Shown piece by piece: positions 38,575-46,935 of a DNA stretch of 61,741 bases; the stretch's first letter is position 1, and every line of letters starts with the position of its first letter. Made by a program: the position numbers and the translations under genes. The stretch is from assembly GCA_012519455.1 (NCBI GenBank), contig JAAYQE010000140.1:1-61741 (forward strand). Reading direction: 5' to 3'. Source of the DNA: Syntrophomonadaceae bacterium. Lineage in GTDB: Bacteria > Bacillota > Ch66 > Ch109. Under the pieces are notes generated by a model, which saw only the letters and a list, made by a program, of their open reading frames with translations, searched no databases and was not told the DNA's origin.

Positions 38575-38823
38575 GTGCCTATAAAAACTCTTTTTTGGAT
38601 TTTCGTTGGTTTTTACGTGACAGTAAAAATATGCTATTTTGTTGGGGTATATCTAATTACTAAAGCTATTGAACGTAAAGCCTTAGCCGAAAAGAAGAAA
38701 CGATTAGAACATAATCGTCTAGTAGAGTTAGAAGGAATTGTGGAAATGTATGAAAAAAGAGAAAAAGCCTTTAGAAAGGATAAAGAAATCTACGGCGCGC
38801 GCCATGGTAAATTTATCGCATAA
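38575..38823 (+). CDS. Small membrane protein A (82 aa; TM + charged helix), unknown function
   Basis: RBS AAAGGGGG; 45% identical (37/82, gapless, by hand) to the 39239-39490 product. Confidence 0.85.
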   Translation: MPIKTLFWIFVGFYVTVKICYFVGVYLITKAIERKALAEKKKRLEHNRLVELEGIVEMYEKREKAFRKDKEIYGARHGKFIA

Positions 38824-38851
38824 AAGACAACGGAATGATATTAAACCAAGC

Positions 38852-38970
38852 TGGTTTATGAACAAACCGGGTGGTACATTTATGTACCGGTGGCAAAAAT
38901 GCTTAGTTATCAAGGGTTACAGAGATTAACCTAGTTTTACAATGTTCTTTTGTGGAACGGATTTGTACCA
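38852..38970. promoter_or_regulatory. Putative enhancer sites for promoter 2
   Basis: TGGTTT-N6-AAACCG (38852), TGGTAC-N6-GTACCG (38872), TGGAAC-N6-GTACCA (38953). Confidence 0.6.
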
Positions 38971-39147
38971 CTAAAGATTGTTTTAGCGAGAACAAGCCTA
39001 CTAGTCTACTTTAGTTTGGGGCTTCTTTGTTCGCAGCTTAAGGTTGCAAAAAAAGGCTTAAACCTTGATTTAGAGCGGTTTTTCTTCCGTTCTCTATAAG
39101 TATACCCTCTCTAACTTCCGGACGATGACGAGGTAAAGCAACAAACA

Positions 39148-39163
39148 TGGCATGTATCTTGCT
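39148..39163 (+). promoter_or_regulatory. Sigma54 -24/-12 promoter 2
   Basis: TGGCATGTATCTTGCT: GG-N10-GC. Confidence 0.82.
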
Positions 39164-39238
39164 TGTAATTATAGTTGGAAGCATACGAAGACGATGCGAA
39201 GACAATTCATAAGTTTAGATAGAAGGAGGTTGAGGGAT

Positions 39239-39490
39239 ATGTTATTTTCGATCAGTGCGTTCATGGTCTTTATAGGTTTTTACGTAATAGCTAAAGTATG
39301 TTTTTTTGTCGGAGTATACGTTATTACTAAATCTATCGAAAAACGTGCTTTGCGGGAAAAACGTAAACGCTTAGAAAGCTATCGACTTAATGAAATTGAA
39401 GTGTTACTGCAGCAAAGAAATCGATGCCAAGAAAATGCCAAGAAAGACAAAGAGCTTTTCGGCATCAGACGAAATCGTTTTGTGAGCTAG
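39239..39490 (+). CDS. Small membrane protein B (83 aa), paralogue of protein A
   Basis: ATG 39239 follows AGAAGGAGG. The ORF-track start 39152 overlaps the sigma54 promoter and extends beyond the paralogue alignment. Confidence 0.85.
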   Translation: MLFSISAFMVFIGFYVIAKVCFFVGVYVITKSIEKRALREKRKRLESYRLNEIEVLLQQRNRCQENAKKDKELFGIRRNRFVS

Positions 39491-39521
39491 GTAATATTTT
39501 AAACATATAATATGGACTTAT

Positions 39522-39557
39522 AAACAGAGGATCACCTGATTCTCTGTTTGTTTTTTT
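39522..39557 (+). terminator. Terminator after protein B
   Basis: AAACAGAG / CTCTGTTT stem plus T-run. Confidence 0.75.
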
Positions 39558-39722
39558 AAGATATTTATTAAGCAGAAGGAGGAATATTTTACCCTTTATA
39601 GAAGTAAAAGCTTTAGCTAAAAATATAAAAATAGGGTGAAACGTAAACGTAAGGGGGTGCAAATAAGTAGATTCCCTCAAGGTAGCTTTGTGATTATTGA
39701 TTATCAGAGAATTACATAATTC

Positions 39723-40436
39723 ATGGTACTGGAGGTATTAATTTTGGGAGAGCAAGTTATTTTAAAATATCACGGTCATGGGTGTCTTCAATTAACTAAA
39801 GGTGCGGCTTCTTTAATTGTAGACCCGTTTTTAGCGGGAAATAATCCTTTAGCCCAAACTAAAGCAGCGGATATCAAGTGTCAATACGTTTTAGTTACCC
39901 ATTGCCATTTCGATCACATGATTGATGCGCCGGAAATCGTCGATAACAACCAAGCAATGTTGATCGGAACCCCTGAGGTTGCTAATGAAGTGGGTAAGTC
40001 ATGTGCTGCTGGAGCGTTAATCGATACTCCCGGGATTGGCGGGAAAAAGGATTATGATTTTGGCTTCATTCGAGTAACGCCGGCCTTTCATGGCTCCGGG
40101 GTCGCTGGGGGACATGCCTGTGGTTTTATCGTTAATTTTTATGGCCAAGTAGTCTATTTTGCCGGAGATACTAGTTTGTTTGGGGATATGAAACTGCTAA
40201 GCCAGTTGGAGAAAATAGATTATGCAGTCTTACCTATTGGCGGCTATTTTACTATGGGGCCGGAGGACGCGGCCTTGGCCGTTGAATTCCTTAAGCCCCG
40301 AGCTGTAATTCCGATGCATTATAACACCTGGCCTCCTATCGAACAAGATCCAGTAGTCTTCAAAAAACTAGTCGAGGAAAAAACCGGTATCCCGGTTATG
40401 GTAGTGGAACCCAATACAGAAATAGCTTTAAGCTAA
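39723..40436 (+). CDS. Metallo-beta-lactamase-fold hydrolase (YtkL/UPF0173-like)
   Basis: HGHGC, THCHFDH, YFAGDT and IPMHYNTW motifs. Confidence 0.9.
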   Translation: MVLEVLILGEQVILKYHGHGCLQLTKGAASLIVDPFLAGNNPLAQTKAADIKCQYVLVTHCHFDHMIDAPEIVDNNQAMLIGTPEVANEVGKSCAAGALIDTPGIGGKKDYDFGFIRVTPAFHGSGVAGGHACGFIVNFYGQVVYFAGDTSLFGDMKLLSQLEKIDYAVLPIGGYFTMGPEDAALAVEFLKPRAVIPMHYNTWPPIEQDPVVFKKLVEEKTGIPVMVVEPNTEIALS

Positions 40437-40484
40437 TAAAGAATTGAGGGGCTGCAGGTGTTTTGCCTTTTACCTGTGGCCTTT

Positions 40485-41276
40485 TTACCAATTTCGGCTA
40501 CTGCCGCCACCGCCTCCGGAACCGCCACCCCCGGAAAAACCGCCGCCACCCCTACCGCCACCGCCACCACGAAAGAGCATGGGTAAAAGCATAGCAAAAA
40601 TAAATCCATTAAAAAAGCGGCGATCTACGATATAAAGCAGGAGTAAACCAATAATAATTAATAAGAGTTGTCCCGTAGAAAGCTCCTTAGCGGCCCCACT
40701 CCCTTCGGGTCGGTACGTTGTTGGCGTTTGTGTATTCAGCGCCACTTGGTATTCTTTAGCTACTTCTTGGGCTAAAACCAGAAATCCATTTAAGATCCCC
40801 TGGTCAAAGTTACCTTCTTTAAAAAAAGGGATCATGTATTCATCCTGGATGCGGCCGGTTTTGCCATCCGGGAGGGCCCCCTCCAATCCATACCCCACCT
40901 CAATTCGGGAGCTGCGTTCTTCGGGGATGACTAGCATGACTAACCCGTTATTCAGTTGTTTATCCCCGACCCCCCATTCTCGGAGGATGCCTAATCCTAA
41001 GTCTTCTAGGGTTAATTCTCGTGCGTCTTTTAAAGTAACCACGACGATTTGGGCTTTGGTTTTAGTATTTAGTTCCTGATTAATGGCCAGTATCTGGTTC
41101 TCTACTTCAGGGCTAATTACCTGAGCCTCATCTAAAACATAAAAAGAACTCGTAGGTCGAGGCAGGGTTGGGGTGGCTATACTCGAACTATAAGTCGTCG
41201 TTAGTAAACAACCAACTACTACTGAAGTAATTAATAAAACAACGGCTATAAGGGGGTACCTGAACCTTTTATTCAT
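40485..41276 (-). CDS. TPM-domain protein (YgcG-like) with Gly-rich tail
   Basis: WGVGDKQLNNG, RIEVGYGLEGALPDG; GGGFSGGGGSGGGG tail. Confidence 0.92.
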   Translation of the reverse strand: MNKRFRYPLIAVVLLITSVVVGCLLTTTYSSSIATPTLPRPTSSFYVLDEAQVISPEVENQILAINQELNTKTKAQIVVVTLKDARELTLEDLGLGILREWGVGDKQLNNGLVMLVIPEERSSRIEVGYGLEGALPDGKTGRIQDEYMIPFFKEGNFDQGILNGFLVLAQEVAKEYQVALNTQTPTTYRPEGSGAAKELSTGQLLLIIIGLLLLYIVDRRFFNGFIFAMLLPMLFRGGGGGRGGGGFSGGGGSGGGGGSSRNW

Positions 41277-41325
41277 ACGGTCCTCCCGGTTAGGTTTTGG
41301 GTAAAAGCCAAAAACAAGCTAGAAA

Positions 41326-41886
41326 CTATTTAACAAAATCAACCTGGGGTACTGCTTTGGTGCCTTCTTCAGCTCTAAAGTATTCACGCGCATCAAAGCC
41401 AAACATACTAGCATAAATATTATTCGGAAACCTTTTGATTTTAGTATTATAGTATCGGACCGAATCGTTATAATCTTTACGGGCCGTAGCCAGACGATTT
41501 TCTGTTCCGGCTAGTTCATCTTGTAATTGCCGGAAATTAGCATCAGCTTTGAGGTCCGGGTAGTTTTCGACGATGGCTAGGAGACGGGCCAGCGCGGAAC
41601 TCATTTCCCGATCCGCGGCTGCAGCTTCGTCCACGGTCTGGGCCCCACCGATTTTAGCTCGGGCCTCAGCCAATTGGGTAAAAATCCCTTGTTCATGGGC
41701 TGCATAACCTTTTACGGTGTTTACCAGGTTAGGAATTAAATCAGCTCGTCGCTGCAGTTGGTTTTCTACTTGACCCCAATAACTATCTACACTTTCATTT
41801 AGGGTTACCATCCCGTTATAGCCGGAGATTAAAAGGATAACCAATACAGCCACAATCCCTAGAGTAATCCATAATCCCTTGGGCAT
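41326..41886 (-). CDS. lemA: LemA family protein
   Basis: QLQRRADLIPNLV, ENYPDLKAD, ENRLATARKDYN. Confidence 0.95.
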   Translation of the reverse strand: MPKGLWITLGIVAVLVILLISGYNGMVTLNESVDSYWGQVENQLQRRADLIPNLVNTVKGYAAHEQGIFTQLAEARAKIGGAQTVDEAAAADREMSSALARLLAIVENYPDLKADANFRQLQDELAGTENRLATARKDYNDSVRYYNTKIKRFPNNIYASMFGFDAREYFRAEEGTKAVPQVDFVK

Positions 41887-42087
41887 GTTTCCAACCTCCT
41901 GAAAAATACTTTTTTCTTTAGTCTAAGGAAATTTATTAGAATTGTCTACACCGAATTGTCTATACAGTTCTTTTCGGAAAAGGAAAATTTAACGCTATTG
42001 GTTGTTTCATAAACTGAAAAAGTTAAGCAGTAGAGTACTTTTTTTCCAGCTACAGCGTTATTATAAGGGAAAGGGGGAAGCAATTAA

Positions 42088-44139
42088 ATGAAAATTAAAG
42101 AATTTGGAAAAAGAAACTTTACTTTAATTTCCTTAAGTACCTTAACCTTACTTTTGGTGCTGCTTAGTTTTAGTACCGGCAGTGCGTTCAGTGACTTACG
42201 GATTATCGTTAATGGTCAGAAGGTCTCATCTGAAGAAACGCCTCTAGATAATTTATTGGATTTGCCTTCAATTGGTTCGTATGAAAACCTGAAGGTGCTT
42301 CTTCAAGAGGCAGAACCATCCTTTGGTTATCATTATCGTGAGCAACTGGGTGCATTAAGGGCAGGGGCCGCGGTGCAAAGTGCGGATGCAGTACCTGAAG
42401 CGAGAAAAGAGATGGCTAATGTAGCCAATGAAAATAGTTTTTCCGATACTAATGTGCAGGTAGAAGGGGTAGATGAAGCGGATATTGTTAAAACCGATGG
42501 CCAATATATTTATCAAGCTAATGAGCGGGAAATCGTGGTCGTCAAAGCTTACCCTCCAGAGGAAATGAAAGTACATAAAACGATTCAATGGTCGGATCCC
42601 TTTAATCCCCGAGAACTTTATCTAGATGAACAGTACCTGGTGGTTATTGGAACCGTTGCGGCTGAATCGAATTTTTACTATCCAGATCGTCCCGAAGTAA
42701 CGCCCAAACGGTGGGGACCTGAAATTTATCCGCCGCCAGTTTATTATCCACCAGTTGTTAAGGCTAAAGTATATAATATTAAAGATAAGGAGAATTTCAC
42801 GTTACAAAGAGAAATAGAACTAGAAGGCGATTATGTTTCCTCCCGTAAAATTGGCTCCGCGCTTTATCTGGTCTCTGATCGGCGCTTAGATTGGGTGCGT
42901 ATCCAACAACAACCGGAGAAGCCCTTTTATCGGGATTCAGCCGCAGCGGCGGAGGGGGTTTCGGTAGATTATGCGGATATTAAGTATTTTCCCGGTTGCG
43001 TACAGCCTAGTTACTTAATGGTAGCTGGTTTGGATCTAGCTCAGCCACAAGCTGAAATAAAAGTTTCCACCTATTTAGGTTCTGCGGAAAATGTTTATGT
43101 CTCACCGGAGAACCTGTACGTAGCAGCAACGAAGAACCAGGTGGTTCCGTTGAACAGTGCCCCCATTCATTACGCTCCAGAAACGCAGGTGTTTAAGTTT
43201 GCGCTCCAGAAGGGGGCCGTCCAATTTACGGGAAAAACCGCGGTGCCGGGTCGGATCTTAAATCAGTTTTCTATGGATGAGGATCAGGGGTATTTTCGTA
43301 TAGCTACTACTAGCGGTGATATCTGGCGTAACGACGCGTATACTTCGCAAAACAACGTTTATGTCCTAGATAATAAACTTAATTTGGTGGGCAGGCTTGA
43401 AAATATTGCCCCCGGGGAAAAAATCTACGCTACCCGGTTTATAGGTAACCGAATCTATATGGTTACTTTCAAAACTACAGATCCCTTTTTCGTAATTGAC
43501 CTAAGTGATCCTAAGCAACCAGCGGTTTTAGGGGCCTTAAAGATACCTGGTTATAGTGACTACCTGCACCCTTACGATGAAAACCATATTATTGGTTTCG
43601 GTAAAGAGGCTGTAGAGGTGATCGAAAAAGATCCGCAGGGTAGAGAAGTAGGCCGTTCAGCTTATTACCAGGGAATGAAAATAGCTCTCTTTGACGTCCG
43701 TGATGTTCATAATCCGGTACAGTTGTTTACGGAAACGATTGGAGATCGGGGTACGGACTCCGAACTTTTACGTAATCACAAAGCTTTATTGTTTGATCGC
43801 GAGAAAAACTTACTGGCATTTCCGGTAACCGTCATGGAGGTAAAAAATCAGCCGACCAATAATGAGCGCAGGGCCGCGACTCAGTTCGGCAGCTTTACTT
43901 TTCAGGGTGCTTACCTGTATCATTTAGATTTAACTCAAGGGTTCACGTTGCAAACCCGCATTACCCATCTATCACCGGAGGATTACCTAAAAGCGGGAAG
44001 TCGTTGGTACCGTAGTGATAAAAATGTCGAAAGAATATTGTATATAAATGACGCTATTTATACCCTGTCCCCGAAATTTATTCAGGCGCACGACTTAAGG
44101 GATTTTCATCTACGAGGAAATCTCGAAGTCCCTTACTAA
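42088..44139 (+). CDS. Secreted beta-propeller domain protein
   Basis: TNVQVEGVDEADIVKTDG, LNQFSMDE, GEKIYATRF, DPFFVIDL, LKIPGYSDYLHP; signal peptide. Confidence 0.88.
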   Translation: MKIKEFGKRNFTLISLSTLTLLLVLLSFSTGSAFSDLRIIVNGQKVSSEETPLDNLLDLPSIGSYENLKVLLQEAEPSFGYHYREQLGALRAGAAVQSADAVPEARKEMANVANENSFSDTNVQVEGVDEADIVKTDGQYIYQANEREIVVVKAYPPEEMKVHKTIQWSDPFNPRELYLDEQYLVVIGTVAAESNFYYPDRPEVTPKRWGPEIYPPPVYYPPVVKAKVYNIKDKENFTLQREIELEGDYVSSRKIGSALYLVSDRRLDWVRIQQQPEKPFYRDSAAAAEGVSVDYADIKYFPGCVQPSYLMVAGLDLAQPQAEIKVSTYLGSAENVYVSPENLYVAATKNQVVPLNSAPIHYAPETQVFKFALQKGAVQFTGKTAVPGRILNQFSMDEDQGYFRIATTSGDIWRNDAYTSQNNVYVLDNKLNLVGRLENIAPGEKIYATRFIGNRIYMVTFKTTDPFFVIDLSDPKQPAVLGALKIPGYSDYLHPYDENHIIGFGKEAVEVIEKDPQGREVGRSAYYQGMKIALFDVRDVHNPVQLFTETIGDRGTDSELLRNHKALLFDREKNLLAFPVTVMEVKNQPTNNERRAATQFGSFTFQGAYLYHLDLTQGFTLQTRITHLSPEDYLKAGSRWYRSDKNVERILYINDAIYTLSPKFIQAHDLRDFHLRGNLEVPY

Positions 44140-44586
44140 ATATAGCATTCTTTCTTCGTGGTTCTCTTTTTGAAAACCACACTTGGTCCAGAAAGGAACT
44201 ACTTCGGGCCGCGCATACAGGCAGATAAAGTCTATGGCATCCTGTGAATTTATCCAGGCTTTGATTAACTCTACCAGCTTGCGGCCCCAACCCTGACGCC
44301 GAAACGGTGGAGACAATACGAAATAATCAACTTTAGCCCACCCTGTTCCCCTTTCGGTCTTCCGGGGATCCCACCATAAGCGTAAACGCAGATAGAGAAT
44401 TGGTGAGTTATCTGTGGCTTCGCTGTTTTTTTCACTGCAGATTATGTATCGATTATCTACCTCAATCCTTGCTACCAATTTTATACCCAGGATCAGCTCC
44501 ATCTGGTCCGCCAGTTGTTTTAAGGCGCTCCGGTCCGGAAAATAGGGGTTAAGGGAGGACCTCGGTTGTACCGAGTCCTTACCCAT
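44110..44586 (-). CDS. GNAT-family N-acetyltransferase
   Basis: RRQGWGRKL acetyl-CoA motif, FWTKCGF; 30-bp convergent overlap with the propeller gene. Confidence 0.75.
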   Translation of the reverse strand: MGKDSVQPRSSLNPYFPDRSALKQLADQMELILGIKLVARIEVDNRYIICSEKNSEATDNSPILYLRLRLWWDPRKTERGTGWAKVDYFVLSPPFRRQGWGRKLVELIKAWINSQDAIDFICLYARPEVVPFWTKCGFQKENHEERMLYLVRDFEISS

Positions 44587-44810
44587 AACTGCTTCACCCC
44601 CACTTTAATATTAACATAATCGGGAATTTTCCTCTAGAAAAAGGAAAACATTGTTGAAGATTTTTTTGATTTTAGGTGTCGGGCTGGAGGTTAGAATGAA
44701 ACCGGTTTCGACAATATTCGTCGTTTAAAACCTTGCATTAATTTCACAACCAGTTTATTCTATAATTAGGACAAAAATCCTGGATTACAATAGGACGTCC
44801 TGGATGGCGA

Positions 44811-44903
44811 TACCCCCGATAATGGCAAATCTAGTGAAAGCTAGAGACGCAAAGCTGCGGGCCTAACGCAACTTAGCAATGGCAGCCGAGCTACCGAAGG
44901 GTA
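44811..44903 (+). ncRNA. c-di-GMP-I (GEMM) riboswitch
   Basis: GGCAAA-TCTAG-TGAAAG-CTAGA-GACGCAAAGC-TGCGGGCCTAA...ATGGCAGCCGAGCTACC matches the GEMM consensus; upstream of a GGDEF gene. Confidence 0.9.
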
Positions 44904-44944
44904 ATTAACGTTTAGCTTTACAGGTTCCCCTTCGGGGGATTATT

Positions 44945-46348
44945 TTGTTATTAAGCAGAACGGGGGTGGGGTGGATGACGGGTATTTCATTATTACCAAA
45001 AACTTACCAGTATGAAAAATCTTTAATCCTGCTGGTGATAAAAAATTCTTCAGCGGGCTATCAATTAGCTAAAAAGATGGCTAAAGATAACTTCGAGGTT
45101 TTAAGTACCGAGGATTACGCTCAGGCCCAGTCCTTTTATCTAAACGATTCCCCGAATCTCGTCCTAATAAGCATTAAAAAACCGGAAAAGGACACCTTTA
45201 CTTTTTGCGCTTCTTTAAGAAAACTAACGGATGGGTGGACCACCCCGATCATACTTTTAACTGCCGCCGTAAATGCGGTTACCCTGGAACAGGCTTTCGC
45301 AGCTGGCCTTTCGGCTATTTTACCTGAAACGATAAACTGGAAAGTGTTGAGGCAGCGGGTACAGCAATATATACAATTCCGCACCTCATTTTTACGTTTA
45401 CGAGAAAGCGAAGCTTGTTATCGAAGTCTTATTCAAATTTTACCTAGTGCTATTGCGCTTACGGATTTAGACGGTAATATTATCATGGCCAATCAAAAAA
45501 CAGCGGCGTTAATTGGTTACGATCAGGTTGACCAATTAATCGGGAAGAATGCTTTCGATTTTATTGTCTCCACGGATCATCATCGGGTTAATTATAACTT
45601 CATGCAAACCTTGCTGTACGGTAAAAGAGAAAAAAGCGAATATAGCTTTTTACATAGAAATAGATCTCTAATACCTATTGAGGTAAATGCATCGCCAGTT
45701 TTAGATGAAAAGGGTTATCCCTATGCTTTTATCGTAGTGATTGACGATCTCACGGAGCGTAAATTAACGGAGGAGAAGTTAAGGTACCTTAGTTTGCATG
45801 ACCCATTGACCGGTCTATACAATCGGGCTTTTTTTGAAGAAGAAATGCTCGGTCAGCAAAATAGTTATCAGAATCCGGTCTGTGTGGTAGTTTGTGATAT
45901 TAACGGCCAAAAACTAGTGAATGATACCTTAGGGCATGCGGCCGGGGATACTTTAATCGTAGAAGTGGCTCGATTACTCCAAGGTTGTTTTCGAGAAAGC
46001 GATATCGTGGCCCGCATTGGGGGCGATGAATTTGGGATTATCTGTCCCGGTACGGATCAATTAACTGCCGAAAAAATCAGTCAACGGATAAATGACGCGG
46101 TTAATCAATATAACGCCGAACACCCGGGACTACCCATAAGCATTTCCACTGGTTTAGCTGTGGGTAAAGTATTTAACTTTGAGGATATGCAAGCCTTATT
46201 TATGGAAGCGGATTGTAATATGTACAAGGAAAAATTAAACGTAAAGCATACCAATGGTGCTTTATGGCTGAATAAATTGTTTGTGTCTTTAGCGGCCCGA
46301 GGGTTAATCACCACCGAACAAAAAGAAATTATAAAAAATATGCTATAA
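44945..46348 (+). CDS. Diguanylate cyclase (pseudo-REC - PAS - GGDEF)
   Basis: HDPLTGLYNR, RESD I-site, RIGGDEF active site; PAS segment; REC-like N-terminus. Start codon uncertain. Confidence 0.9.
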   Translation: MLLSRTGVGWMTGISLLPKTYQYEKSLILLVIKNSSAGYQLAKKMAKDNFEVLSTEDYAQAQSFYLNDSPNLVLISIKKPEKDTFTFCASLRKLTDGWTTPIILLTAAVNAVTLEQAFAAGLSAILPETINWKVLRQRVQQYIQFRTSFLRLRESEACYRSLIQILPSAIALTDLDGNIIMANQKTAALIGYDQVDQLIGKNAFDFIVSTDHHRVNYNFMQTLLYGKREKSEYSFLHRNRSLIPIEVNASPVLDEKGYPYAFIVVIDDLTERKLTEEKLRYLSLHDPLTGLYNRAFFEEEMLGQQNSYQNPVCVVVCDINGQKLVNDTLGHAAGDTLIVEVARLLQGCFRESDIVARIGGDEFGIICPGTDQLTAEKISQRINDAVNQYNAEHPGLPISISTGLAVGKVFNFEDMQALFMEADCNMYKEKLNVKHTNGALWLNKLFVSLAARGLITTEQKEIIKNML

Positions 46349-46400
46349 TTGTTATAAATACTAGATGCGTAAATAATTACCATGCAGATGGAGGGTAGTA

Positions 46401-46814
46401 ATGATTAGCTTGGAACTAGCCCAAAAACTTAAAGCCGCCGGTTTAAAATGGTTACCCCAAAAAGGCGATTATTTTACTTTTGAACCAGAAATAGTCCCGA
46501 AAAGTCCCGGTAAATCCATGACTATCACTATTACTTCAGGCACGCATTGCTTAAATAATATGTGTAAAGTAGGACGGTATACGCGCTTTAACCCCCCTAA
46601 TTCCATCTGGTTGCCGGATTTAGAACAGTTGCAAACAGAGATCGCGACCAGAGGGGGACAAGTAAGGCTAGAACCGATTACCGGGAGAGAGCCGGTCAAA
46701 TATCAATGTACCTTACGGTATGAAAATCAAGAAAAAGACCATTTTACCGGGCTTGAACCGGAAGAAGCGGTGGGGCAGGCCCTATTATGGCTTCTCCAAC
46801 AAGAATGTAATTAG
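46401..46814 (+). CDS. Hypothetical protein
   Basis: GGAGGG RBS; MISLELAQKLKAAGL.W.P..GD.F N-terminus and .PEEAVGQALLWLL C-terminus. Confidence 0.7.
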   Translation: MISLELAQKLKAAGLKWLPQKGDYFTFEPEIVPKSPGKSMTITITSGTHCLNNMCKVGRYTRFNPPNSIWLPDLEQLQTEIATRGGQVRLEPITGREPVKYQCTLRYENQEKDHFTGLEPEEAVGQALLWLLQQECN

Positions 46815-46935
46815 TTTTGAAGAAAGTATGTTTAAAGCATATTTGAGTATTTTGCTCAAATTCTTAGCTTAGCTTTAGAGTTTGGGCTATTTTTATTAAC
46901 CATAATGATTTATTTTAGGTTAGGAGTGAATCGAC

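Noticed and set aside
39152-39238. N-terminal extension of small protein B
   Set aside because: It overlaps the sigma54 promoter, is absent from the paralogue, and a strong SD precedes ATG 39239.
40444-40635. Proline-rich ORF
   Set aside because: It is the antisense shadow of the Gly-rich tail of the TPM protein.
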